Source: a bacterium (lineage in GTDB: Bacteria; Electryoneota; Tariuqbacteria; Tariuqbacterales; JADHWD01). Taken from it: a stretch of DNA of 51,569 bases. Below the pieces are notes generated by a model. That model ran no database searches, was not told the DNA's origin, and was given only the letters and a program-made list of their open reading frames with translations. Numbering within the stretch: the stretch's first letter is position 1; the number at the start of each line of letters is the position of its first letter. Where the stretch lies: contig JADHWD010000001.1 in assembly GCA_016783645.1 (NCBI GenBank), forward strand, positions 1 to 51,569. The letters run 5' to 3'. This document shows positions 8,543 through 17,416 of the stretch, piece by piece. Both the position numbers and the translations under genes were made by a program.

Positions 8543-8687
8543 CTGTCCGAGAATACCGAAATCCTGTATGATCTGTTTTGATTTGATTCACTGGAAATTA
8601 TGGATATTATGGAAATATAAATATTTAGAATATCCATCATTTCCATTATATCCAGTGAATTTATTCACTTTTTCTATTCTCGGACAG
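8543..8687. mobile_element. MITE-like nested inverted-repeat element (non-coding)
   Basis: 13-nt terminal inverted repeat ctgtccgagaata (8543-8555) / tattctcggacag (8675-8687). Inner 10-nt inverted repeat attcactgga (8586-8595) / tccagtgaat (8651-8660). A solo end copy agtctgtccgag lies at 47123-47134. Confidence 0.45.
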
Positions 8688-8794
8688 ACTGCAGAGTCTG
8701 AAGTCTGAAGTCTAATTTTCATTGATCGATTCACATACATTATCACTGGGGCATCAGCTGCGATTATTTTAAGCAATTTCGGATAGGAGGTATT

Positions 8795-10213
8795 TTGAGA
8801 GTATTGTTTTTAAGGCCGCATTCGTCGATACCATCATCGGCGCCGCCGACAGGATTGTTGTCTTTAACTAGTTACTTGAGGAAATATGGGGACTATGAGA
8901 TAACGATTTTCGACGGCAGGGCTTATATGACTCCGACTGAGCAGGTTAAACCTCTGATAAAACAACATAAACCTGATGTAGTCGGAATCACCGCTTTTTC
9001 TCCGGAACAGCGGGAAGCGCATGAACTGGCGGAACTATCTAAAGAATTATTTCCGGGGATACCGGTGATTATGGGCGGTCCTTACACCACCAGTCAATGG
9101 GCTAAGGTGTTAGCGGATGAAAATGTGGATTATGCAGTGGTCGGCGAAGGCGAATTGACTTTGCTAAAATTGCTGAAAAGCATGGAGGAGGGTGAAAGAT
9201 ATCCCGAAATCAAGGGATTAGCTTTCAAGAAGAACGGTGAACAGATATTCTTCGGTTTCCCGGATTTCATCGAAAATATAGACACTATTCCGATGGTAGC
9301 TTGGGACGCGATAGATCTGGAATATTATTTCCGCAACAAGAAGAAGCGTTCGGGAATGAATCCCCATCCAAAATCCAACCGCACGGTGCCGATTTTCACC
9401 TCCAGGGGATGCCCTTACTTGTGCACTTACTGCCATAATGTATTCGGTAAAAGAATGCGCAAGCGTTCGGTGGAGCATGTGATGGAGGAACTCATCTATC
9501 TCAAGCGAAATCATGACATCAAGGAAATCGACATCATCGATGACATCTTCAATTTAGATAAAGAGCGAGCTAAGATTATATGTGACCGGATAATCGAAGA
9601 GAATCTGAACATTGGCATCGCTTTTCCCAATGGGCTGCGCACCGACTTGATGGATGAAGAGCTGATTGACAAGCTGGTGGAAGCGGGTGCTTTCCGCTTC
9701 ATTTACGCTATCGAATCCGGTTCCCCTAAAATTCAGAGGAGCGCCAGGAAGAATCTCAACTTGGAAAAAGCTAAAAGAATCATCGATTATACTGCCAGGA
9801 AGAATGTATCCGTCGGCGGATTCTTTATGTTTGGGTTCTTGGATGAAACGGAAGAAGACATGAGGATGACCATCGATTTCGCGGTTAAATCGAAGATGGT
9901 GACCGCCTCATTTTTCATCCTGCAGCCGTTCCCTAACACGGAAATATATAACCAAGCGATTGAGAAAGGCTACCCCCTGCCGGTAAAGGCGCAGCAGCAG
10001 TATTACGGCGTGACTTACAACATATCTAAAGTTCCCAAGGACAGAATCGACAAGTTGAGAAACTATGCCGTCAGAAAATTCTATTTCAATCCTATGCGCG
10101 TATATCGATACCTGCGAACAACACCTATCAAATATGCCTTCTGGTTGAAAATGAAAATGATTCTCATGTATCTATTCAAGACTAATCCGGAGGAAGAGGG
10201 AGCACGTTTATAG
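8795..10213 (+). CDS. Class B radical SAM protein, subfamily A, paralogue 5
   Basis: 472 aa. TTG start with AGGAGG upstream. 'MRVLFLRPHSSIPSSAPPTG', 'CPYLCTYC', 'AIESGSP'. About two-thirds identical to paralogue 4 (67/102 N-terminal residues by hand). Confidence 0.9.
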   Translation: MRVLFLRPHSSIPSSAPPTGLLSLTSYLRKYGDYEITIFDGRAYMTPTEQVKPLIKQHKPDVVGITAFSPEQREAHELAELSKELFPGIPVIMGGPYTTSQWAKVLADENVDYAVVGEGELTLLKLLKSMEEGERYPEIKGLAFKKNGEQIFFGFPDFIENIDTIPMVAWDAIDLEYYFRNKKKRSGMNPHPKSNRTVPIFTSRGCPYLCTYCHNVFGKRMRKRSVEHVMEELIYLKRNHDIKEIDIIDDIFNLDKERAKIICDRIIEENLNIGIAFPNGLRTDLMDEELIDKLVEAGAFRFIYAIESGSPKIQRSARKNLNLEKAKRIIDYTARKNVSVGGFFMFGFLDETEEDMRMTIDFAVKSKMVTASFFILQPFPNTEIYNQAIEKGYPLPVKAQQQYYGVTYNISKVPKDRIDKLRNYAVRKFYFNPMRVYRYLRTTPIKYAFWLKMKMILMYLFKTNPEEEGARL

Positions 10214-10247
10214 TTAAGTGGTTAAGTGGTTAAGTAGTTAAGTGGTT
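10213..10247. repeat. Octamer tandem repeat GTTAAGTR x4.4 starting on the last base of the stop codon
   Basis: gttaagtg gttaagtg gttaagta gttaagtg gtt. Confidence 0.9.
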
Positions 10248-10318
10248 TGGCAGGGAATTGACGGGGGGCTGTTTGTATGGGTAAATATAATAATCCCCCA
10301 TTAAAAAAGGGAGAAATC

Positions 10319-10422
10319 TAGCCCCCCTTTTCAAAGGGGGGAATATTTTAGTAGCCCGGTTTCTCCGAAACCGGGAAATTCTGGCAGGTCACACCCGCCT
10401 GCGGCGTGCAAGACCTGCCAGA
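10319..10422. repeat. Hairpin mosaic array 1 (three different palindromic elements)
   Basis: ccccccttt/aaagggggg; gtagcccggtttctccgaaaccggg (10351-10375); ctggcaggtcacacccgcctgcggcgtgcaagacctgccag (10381-10421). The last two recur at 42873-43460. Confidence 0.85.
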
Positions 10423-10434
10423 ACAGGATTTTTT

Positions 10435-10471
10435 AACTTGTTAACTTGTCAACTTGCAGACTTGTAGACTT
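10435..10471. repeat. Octamer tandem repeat RACTTGYN x4.6
   Basis: aacttgtt aacttgtc aacttgca gacttgta gactt. Confidence 0.85.
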
Positions 10472-10501
10472 ATTGTCAAGGTATATATCATGGAGATTAA
10501 G

Positions 10502-10690
10502 ATGAGACAATATAGATATACAGTAATAATTGAGCCGGCGGAGGAGGGCGGATATGTTGTGCATGTCCCAGCTTTGAACGGAATAGTTACTCAAGGTGAC
10601 ACTGTTGCAGAAGCCGAGGCGATGGCAGTTGATCTTATTAAGGGATATATTGAGACTCTTCAGAAAAAAGGTTTGCCTGTCCCTGAATAG
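10502..10690 (+). CDS. hicB: HicB-family (UPF0150) antitoxin, orphan (no hicA neighbour)
   Basis: 62 aa from ATG 10502, with GGAG 6 nt upstream. An alternative ATG lies at 10490, and the ORF-track start 10454 runs into the repeat array. 'YRYTVIIEPAEEGGYVVHVPALNGIVTQGDTVAEAEAMAVDLIKGYIE' fits the HicB pattern. Confidence 0.7.
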   Translation: MRQYRYTVIIEPAEEGGYVVHVPALNGIVTQGDTVAEAEAMAVDLIKGYIETLQKKGLPVPE

Positions 10691-10866
10691 ACAATTTTCA
10701 GGGTCGTTTATCATAAATAGTCCAACCATAAAATGTCATTCCCGCAAGTACATTGCTGGGCGGACGCGTCGGGAATCGATTCCGGACAAGCCGGAATGAC
10801 GAAAATGGGGCGTTGCTTTTTGACGAAGCAAAATATCACTTTCACACTTTCACACGTATTTAAATT

Positions 10867-12303
10867 TTGACCAGATTCGCTTTCATTCAGAACTTATGGA
10901 CGGAAAATCTGGGAATCATGTACTTGTCCGGGACACTGAAATCCCAGGGACATGAATCCCGGATTTTCATCGATGTCAAAGGCGCTGACGCTATGCGGCA
11001 GGTATTGGAATATCAGCCGCAGGCAGTTGGAGTGTCCTGCACTACCGGACTGCATCACTGGGGATTACAATTTCTGCGTAAAATTAAGGCGTCGCGCCCG
11101 GAGATAATCACTATCATGGGCGGACCTCATCCCACTTTCTGCCCGGAAGTCATCAGAGCTGAAAGCATCGATTTCGCAGTGCAGGGCGAAGCGGAAAATG
11201 TAGTCACAGATATTGCAGAAGCAGTAGAGGCGGGCGAAGATATCAGATATTTGGAGAATATAGTTCATCTTGACGGGGATGAAATAACCATCAATCCTTT
11301 ACGGAATTTGATCGAAGAGCTGGATTCTATTCCCTACCCGGATAGATCGCATTATGATAGATATGCTATCACCAAGCGGGAGGGTTCCAAAAATTTCATC
11401 TGCGGGCGCGGCTGCCCTTACCGCTGCTCCTTCTGCTGTAACTACCGCCTGCATGATATGTACCATGATAAAGGAAGATATGTCCGCTACCGTTCCCATG
11501 AAAATATCCTCGATGAAATCGAGGAAGTTAAAGACCGCTACGGGATCAAGTTCGTGGGTTTCTCCGACGACACTTTGATATTCAACAAGAAGTGGCTGTT
11601 ACCCTTTTTAGAAAAATACAAAGAACGAATCGGTTTGCCTTTCTTATCGACTGTGCGGGCAAATCTGATCAACGAGGAGGTGGTGCGGGGATTGAAGGAA
11701 GCGGGATGTATCTCCTGCGTATTCGGAGTGGAATCGGGCGATGAAAGAATCCGCAACGAAGTGTTGATCAAAGGGGTGTCCGATGATGAAATCCGCCGGA
11801 CAGCATCGCTGTTTAAAAAGTACAAGATAAGATTCGGCACTTATAATATGCTGGGTCTGCCGGGCGAAACTATCGTAGACGCCTGGAAGACGGTAAAGTT
11901 AAACGCGGAAATCAGACCCGATTTCCCCTGGTGCAGTGTGATTCAGCCCTACCCGGGCACCAAGATACATGAGGATATGCAGAAGACTTTAGGCAAGCAT
12001 ATCGACGCCGATGAAATCGGCGCTTCCTATTTCACCGCTTCCGTGGTGGATAATCCCCATATCAAACAGCTGGAAAACCTGCAGAAGTGGTTTCATCTGG
12101 CGGTCAGAGTTCCATTATTACAGCCTTTGATTCGCTTATTTATCAAATTACCGTCCAATCCTCTTTACACTCTGGTGTTTCAGGCTTGCTACGGCTGGCA
12201 GTTGCTGCGCAGGTCGAGGTTGAATTTACTACAGATGTTCAAATACTGGTGGACTCAGCAGGGGATGTTTAAGCGAAGCGGGAGAAAAAGGCGGAAAAAG
12301 TGA
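10867..12303 (+). CDS. Class B radical SAM protein, subfamily B, paralogue 1
   Basis: 478 aa, TTG start. 'GVSCTTG..IMGGPHPTF', cluster motif 'CPYRCSFC', 'GVESGDE'. Collinear with the ORF at 19416. Polybasic C-terminus 'RSGRKRRKK'. Confidence 0.85.
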   Translation: MTRFAFIQNLWTENLGIMYLSGTLKSQGHESRIFIDVKGADAMRQVLEYQPQAVGVSCTTGLHHWGLQFLRKIKASRPEIITIMGGPHPTFCPEVIRAESIDFAVQGEAENVVTDIAEAVEAGEDIRYLENIVHLDGDEITINPLRNLIEELDSIPYPDRSHYDRYAITKREGSKNFICGRGCPYRCSFCCNYRLHDMYHDKGRYVRYRSHENILDEIEEVKDRYGIKFVGFSDDTLIFNKKWLLPFLEKYKERIGLPFLSTVRANLINEEVVRGLKEAGCISCVFGVESGDERIRNEVLIKGVSDDEIRRTASLFKKYKIRFGTYNMLGLPGETIVDAWKTVKLNAEIRPDFPWCSVIQPYPGTKIHEDMQKTLGKHIDADEIGASYFTASVVDNPHIKQLENLQKWFHLAVRVPLLQPLIRLFIKLPSNPLYTLVFQACYGWQLLRRSRLNLLQMFKYWWTQQGMFKRSGRKRRKK

Positions 12304-12370
12304 AAGCGCCGGTGGAAGTGAAAAGATGAATTTGATTGAGATTTACTATAATATTCTGAGAGGATAGAAT

Positions 12371-13588
12371 ATGGCTGAAATCGTTTATAAAGAAAGAAAT
12401 CCTTTCACGCCGGATGAGCCGGTTTCAAAGGAAAATTTTGTTGGAAGAGAGAAAGAAATAGAGATGATCCTCCGTTCAGCGCATCAAGTATCAATGGGCG
12501 TTAGACAGAGTTTTTTTATAGTCGGAGATTATGGAATAGGCAAAAGCTCACTTGCGTCTTATATAAAATACGCTGTTCATACTCAATTCAATTTAGCCGC
12601 TTATCACATATATCTTTCTGATATCAACAGTCTTGAAGACATGTCTTTTAATATTGTAACCGGATTGATTAAACAATCAAAAGAACTGAATGTTATCGAT
12701 AAAGTGAAAAAATTTCTGGGAGAGTACATTAAAGAGATTCATCTTTTTAATGTTGATATTAATACTGAAGCATTAAAAAGAGATGCTTTTAATTTATCCA
12801 GTAGTTTCGCTTCGATGCTGCAGGATACTTATGCATATTTACAGGATGACTTTAAAGGGATTGCTTTAATTCTCGATGACTTGAATGGTATCAGTGATAA
12901 TCCCAGATTCGCACCTTTGATAAAAAGCACCGTGGATAGTATAGCCACAAGTTCTAGACCTTTACCTTTATTATTAATATTTTGCGGTGTAGAAAAGAGG
13001 CGGTTGGATATGATTTCTCATCATCCATCTATCGCCAGAATTTTTAGTGTTATCGATGTGAAACCGCTATCGGATAATGAAACAGCTAAATTCTTCCGGG
13101 ATTCATTTGATAAAATCGGCTTTAAGATTGAGAAGGAAGCTTTAGATACTATAGTCTATTATTCTTCCGGATTGCCAAGACTTATGCATGAAATCGGAAA
13201 CAGCGTTTTTTGGGTCACTGAAAAAAAATATATCGATTCAATAACCGCCATGAGAGGTATTCGCGGTGCGGTTGATGAAATTGGCCGCAAGTATTTCGGT
13301 CCCTTACAGAAAATTCTCACTTCGAAAGATTACAGATCAATACTTCGCTCTCTTCTGACTTTAATGGGAAAAAAATCCAAGGAAAACTTAGTTTTTGACA
13401 AGAAAGAAATCATAGAAAAACTATCTGATGCGGAAGCGAAAAAGTTCAATAACTTCTTACAAAGAATGAAAAACATTAATGCTATTCATCCCGGAGACAT
13501 TAGGGGAGAATGGTTTTTTTCTGACTATTTGACCTTTTGGTATTTCTACTTCGAGACGGAAAAATTGCTTAAGATTAATAAATCATAA
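12371..13588 (+). CDS. AAA_16/archaeal-ATPase-type (STAND-like) NTPase with probable C-terminal winged-helix region, low-GC
   Basis: 405 aa; 'FVGREKEI', Walker A 'GDYGIGKSS', Walker B 'ALILDDL'. The stop overlaps the next start (TAATG at 13586-13590). Confidence 0.7.
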   Translation: MAEIVYKERNPFTPDEPVSKENFVGREKEIEMILRSAHQVSMGVRQSFFIVGDYGIGKSSLASYIKYAVHTQFNLAAYHIYLSDINSLEDMSFNIVTGLIKQSKELNVIDKVKKFLGEYIKEIHLFNVDINTEALKRDAFNLSSSFASMLQDTYAYLQDDFKGIALILDDLNGISDNPRFAPLIKSTVDSIATSSRPLPLLLIFCGVEKRRLDMISHHPSIARIFSVIDVKPLSDNETAKFFRDSFDKIGFKIEKEALDTIVYYSSGLPRLMHEIGNSVFWVTEKKYIDSITAMRGIRGAVDEIGRKYFGPLQKILTSKDYRSILRSLLTLMGKKSKENLVFDKKEIIEKLSDAEAKKFNNFLQRMKNINAIHPGDIRGEWFFSDYLTFWYFYFETEKLLKINKS

Positions 13589-15006
13589 TGAAAATCCACC
13601 TGATAAATCCCCCTTCTCCCGGCGATTACCCTTTCACCCGCGAAGGGCGCTGCATGCAGAAAGAAGGCGTTTGGACCACTGTATGGCCGCCGATATCCCT
13701 CGCCACTATTGGTGCAGTTTTGCGGGAACACGGCTTCGATGTCAAGATCAACGACTGCCCTTCCGAGCGGATACGGATTGGCGGATTGAAGGAAATCCTG
13801 CGGGATTACCGGCCGGATTTATTGATAATCAATACCGCAACTCCTTCAATCCTGCATGATTTAACCATCCCTCACATCGCTAAAGAAACGCTGCCGGGAA
13901 TCAAAACCGCTGTTTTCGGCATCCATGTGGGGACACTCCCGGAAGACAGCTTTGAAACCGCCGGCGGGGATTTGGACTACATCATCCATAACGAGCCGGA
14001 ATTCACCGCTTTGGAACTGGCGGAAAAACTTGAAAACGGCATCGATTTCGGCGGTATATCAGGTTTATCCCACCGGCGCAACGGATATGTATCATCCAAT
14101 CCTGCCAGACAATATTACCGCGAACTGGACGAACTGCCTTTCCCCGCTTGGAATTTATTGAATTTGAATAATTACCGCCTGCCCTTCTCCGGGCGTAAAT
14201 TTGTGATGGTGATGACCAGCCGGGGATGCCCCTTCGACTGCACTTTCTGCGTGGCGCAAAGCTACTACGGCAAGAAAGTCCGCAAGCGGTCGGCTAAGCG
14301 GATTGTGGATGAACTGGAATGGAATATCAAAAACTTCAAAATCAAGGATTTCTTCTTCTGGTCGGAATCTTTCACCATCGTCAAGAAAAACATACATGAA
14401 TTGTGCGATGAGATATTAAGACGGGATTTGAATATCCGATGGGTGTGTAATAGCCGGGCGGATAATGTGGATTTGGATTTATTGCAGAAGATGCGGAAAG
14501 CGGGCTGCTGGATGATTTCTTACGGTGTAGAATCAGGCGATCAGAAGATACTCGATTTGTGTTTGAAACGAATCACGGTGGAACAGGTGCGGGAAGCGGT
14601 CACATTAACCCGGAAAGCAGGAATTGATATCGCCGGACATTTTGTGTTAGGACTGCCAGGCGATAATGAAGAGACCCTGCGTAGGACTTCCGCGTTTTCC
14701 AAAGAATTAGATTTGGATTACGCCCAGTTTTATTGCGCCGCGCCCTGGCCCGGGTCCCGGCTTTATGATACGGCGAAGAAAGAAGGATGGTTAAGCAATG
14801 AAGATTGGTCGCAATTCGAACAGTCCACTTCAATATTGAACTATCCCGATATCTCCGCTGAACGGATAATGCAGCTGCGCGACCGCATGACCAAGTCGTT
14901 CTATTTTCGGCCTAAAATCGTGTGGCGGACATTGAAGAAGGTGAAAAATTTCCGGGAATTTGTCAATTTCACCAGGATGATTCGAGGATTTTTAGACTGG
15001 ATTTAA
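13588..15006 (+). CDS. Class B radical SAM protein, subfamily C, paralogue 1
   Basis: 472 aa; 'MKIHLINPPSP..W.PPISLATIG', cluster motif 'CPFDCTFC', 'GVESGDQ'. Collinear with the ORF at 26236. Confidence 0.9.
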   Translation: MKIHLINPPSPGDYPFTREGRCMQKEGVWTTVWPPISLATIGAVLREHGFDVKINDCPSERIRIGGLKEILRDYRPDLLIINTATPSILHDLTIPHIAKETLPGIKTAVFGIHVGTLPEDSFETAGGDLDYIIHNEPEFTALELAEKLENGIDFGGISGLSHRRNGYVSSNPARQYYRELDELPFPAWNLLNLNNYRLPFSGRKFVMVMTSRGCPFDCTFCVAQSYYGKKVRKRSAKRIVDELEWNIKNFKIKDFFFWSESFTIVKKNIHELCDEILRRDLNIRWVCNSRADNVDLDLLQKMRKAGCWMISYGVESGDQKILDLCLKRITVEQVREAVTLTRKAGIDIAGHFVLGLPGDNEETLRRTSAFSKELDLDYAQFYCAAPWPGSRLYDTAKKEGWLSNEDWSQFEQSTSILNYPDISAERIMQLRDRMTKSFYFRPKIVWRTLKKVKNFREFVNFTRMIRGFLDWI

Positions 15007-15022
15007 TCTGAAATAGCAGTAG

Positions 15023-15049
15023 GGTGGGTTCTTAACCCACCTTTCCTTT
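15023..15049 (+). terminator. Putative intrinsic terminator (also a member of a repeated hairpin family)
   Basis: ggtgggtt ctt aacccacc followed by tttccttt, 17 nt after the stop at 15006. Related copy ggtggattaagaacccacc near 43280. Confidence 0.5.
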
Positions 15050-15094
15050 CCCGCCGTGTATCAAGTGAAGCGTAACCCGGCGGTTTGAAATATT

Positions 15095-15395
15095 CCCCGG
15101 TTTCGGATAAACCGGGCTACTGCATGAAGGGCAGACGCAAGGTCTGCCCCTACAAATAAATTTACTATATTGTAGGGGCGACCCTTGCGGTCGCCCTTCC
15201 CTGAAGGGGAAAACATGAATAGTCCGCTGTACAGTGGATTTAGGAGAACAGACTTTAGTCTGTTCAAAGGTGTCGGATTAAAGTCCGACCTCCTATACAA
15301 GGAAAATGATGAATTCTCTGATAGACTGCAAAGACATAAGCCTCTATTTTCATGCTTCTAGGTGCGCCGCAGGCGCATGAGGGTTTAATCCATAA
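15095..15395. repeat. Hairpin mosaic array 2 (about 8 palindromic elements)
   Basis: Includes ccccggtttcggataaaccgggctac (15095-15120), gggcagacgcaaggtctgcccctac (15129-15153) and gtaggggcgacccttgcggtcgccc (15172-15196). Also gaacagactttagtctgttc, gtcggattaaagtccgac and tgcgccgcaggcgcatgagggttt. Confidence 0.85.
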
Positions 15396-15428
15396 ACTAT
15401 CAATTAAGTATTACAAAATCTGTCGGAT

Positions 15429-16604
15429 ATGAGTTTAGACCTAATCCGGTTTATAGATAAATATTTAGGGACTCCGTTAAGGCTGTTTCTATATTATTAC
15501 CAGAAACTGCGGGATATTTTCCCGCAAAAGGAGAGCCGGGAGCCATACAAGAGGATACTGCTGGTAAAATTCTGGGGGATCGGCAACATCGTCCGATTGT
15601 CTCCCACATTAAAGGCGATCAGAGCGAGATTTCCGGAAGCTAAGATAACTTTCATCACTCTCAACCGCAACCGCGGTATTTACGAGGATTGCGGATTATA
15701 CGATGAGGCGCTGTATCTGAAACTCGATTCCATCCGCGCTTTTTTATGGGATATCATCAAGAAATTTTTCATCCTGAGGGCGAAAAAATTCGACTTAGTT
15801 ATCGATCTTGAACCTTTGGCGAATTTCGCTGAAATTGTGACCTTCTATGTCGGCGTCGGCGCCCGGGTGGGTTTCAATATGACGGGAAGGAGAAGCCTGT
15901 TCACGATAAAAGCGCCTTTCCGGGAAGATGAACATATTTCAAAATCATTCTTCAGGATATTATCGCCCTTTGGGGTCATAATATCCGATGAATTATTGCC
16001 GCTGCCCATACCTTTGGAGGATAAAGACCGGCAATATACTGAAAGACTACTATCTGACGAAAGCATAGATGCTAAAAGTTTGATAGTGGGAATGAATGTT
16101 AATGCGTCCAATGTGGCTGACGCCCGCCGCTGGCCGCCGGAGAAATTCGCCCAATTGGCTGATCGTATCGCGGAAGAATTGAAAGCTCAATTAATCTATA
16201 TCGGGGCGCCGGACGAAAGAGAACGGGTGCAGAATGTGATCGATAACACCTCCAACGGCGGGGTGAATATCGCCGGCAGAACTAGTCTGAAACAGACGAT
16301 AGCCGCGATGGAGATGATGAATATTTTCATCACCAACGATTCCGGACCTATGCATTTAGCGATGGCGATGGGCATTCCCACCGTGGCGATTTTCGGTCCC
16401 GAATCACCTGTGCGCTACGGACCCATCAGCGATAAGCATATTGCGATATTCAAAAATTACGACTGCAGCCCCTGTATATTCTTCGTGCAGGCGAAGAAGA
16501 TCAAGTGCAGGCAGGATGCGAAATGCATCCGGGATATAACTGTGGACGAAGTGTTTGAAGGGGTAAAAACGCTGTATCAAAGGTGGCTGAAGGAAAAATC
16601 ATAG
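15429..16604 (+). CDS. Glycosyltransferase family 9 (heptosyltransferase-like)
   Basis: 391 aa; N-terminal 'ILLVKFWGIGNIVRLSPTLKAIRARFPEAKITFIT' and C-terminal 'ITNDSGPMHLAMAMGIPTVAIFGP' are typical GT9 signatures. Confidence 0.8.
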   Translation: MSLDLIRFIDKYLGTPLRLFLYYYQKLRDIFPQKESREPYKRILLVKFWGIGNIVRLSPTLKAIRARFPEAKITFITLNRNRGIYEDCGLYDEALYLKLDSIRAFLWDIIKKFFILRAKKFDLVIDLEPLANFAEIVTFYVGVGARVGFNMTGRRSLFTIKAPFREDEHISKSFFRILSPFGVIISDELLPLPIPLEDKDRQYTERLLSDESIDAKSLIVGMNVNASNVADARRWPPEKFAQLADRIAEELKAQLIYIGAPDERERVQNVIDNTSNGGVNIAGRTSLKQTIAAMEMMNIFITNDSGPMHLAMAMGIPTVAIFGPESPVRYGPISDKHIAIFKNYDCSPCIFFVQAKKIKCRQDAKCIRDITVDEVFEGVKTLYQRWLKEKS

Positions 16605-17413
16605 TATCGGTCTCCCGCCGGAGCGATATCCCCGCATTTTTTGGGGAATGGTTCATCGAAAAGGTCAAACAAGGTTTTGTTGAAGTGCCCAATCCCTTCA
16701 ATAACTCCACCTACAGAGCGCCTTTATCGCTTGCAGAAACCGCCGCCTTCGTTTTCTGGTCGAAAAACTTCATCCCTTTCAGAGAGAAATTGACAATATT
16801 AGAGAAGATAGGATATCAAAAATTCCTCTTCAACTATACCATCACCGGTCTGCCGGAAATTTTTGAACCCCATGTTCCCCCCGCCGAAAAATCTATGGAG
16901 GACTTCATTGAACTCGCCAAAATTTACGGACGAGAAGTCATGTTCTGGAGGTTCGATCCCATCATCATTTCAGATATAACCGGATTTGATTATCATCTAT
17001 TAAGGTTTGGTGAATTGGCGGACAAATTGGCGGCTTACGCCGGACGCTGTATTTTCAGTTTCGCTTTCTTTTACCATAAAGTGAAACGCTCTTTGGAAAA
17101 ATTGAAAAATGATACAGGCGTCAGCGTCATCGACCCGGATGTCAATTTAAAAAGGGAATTAACTGAAGCGCTGAGTGAAAAAGCGGCGGAATTCGGTATA
17201 AAACTGCACGCCTGTTGCTGTGATTATCTGCTGGATATCCCAGGCATAGAAAAATCACGATGCGTGGACGGAGAATTGATAAGCGAGATGTACGGCGGAG
17301 AATATCGCTTTAAGGAAAAACCTTCCCGCCCCGGCTGCGGATGCTATGAATCCGTCGACATCGGTCAGTATGGAACTTGCCAGGGCGGATGTGGGTATTG
17401 TTACGCCGGGTGA
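16583..17413 (+). CDS. DUF1848-family protein (Cys-rich, Fe-S/radical-SAM-like)
   Basis: 276 aa. 'IIVSVSRRSDIPAFFGEWF' N-terminus and C-terminal 'PGCGCYESVDIGQYGTCQGGCGYCYAG' match my recollection of DUF1848. The start overlaps the GT9 gene by 22 nt. Confidence 0.7.
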   Translation: MAEGKIIVSVSRRSDIPAFFGEWFIEKVKQGFVEVPNPFNNSTYRAPLSLAETAAFVFWSKNFIPFREKLTILEKIGYQKFLFNYTITGLPEIFEPHVPPAEKSMEDFIELAKIYGREVMFWRFDPIIISDITGFDYHLLRFGELADKLAAYAGRCIFSFAFFYHKVKRSLEKLKNDTGVSVIDPDVNLKRELTEALSEKAAEFGIKLHACCCDYLLDIPGIEKSRCVDGELISEMYGGEYRFKEKPSRPGCGCYESVDIGQYGTCQGGCGYCYAG

Positions 17414-17416
17414 TTG

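Noticed and set aside
8588-8776. 62-aa minus-strand ORF in the spacer before rSAM paralogue 5
   Set aside because: It lies across the nested inverted repeats of the MITE-like element. It is AT-rich with low-complexity translation and has no ribosome-binding site.
10596-10799. 67-aa + strand ORF overlapping the HicB 3' end and the following hairpins
   Set aside because: It is out of frame with the well-supported hicB gene and runs into palindromic repeat DNA (attccggacaagccggaat). Its Arg-rich translation is typical of repeats.
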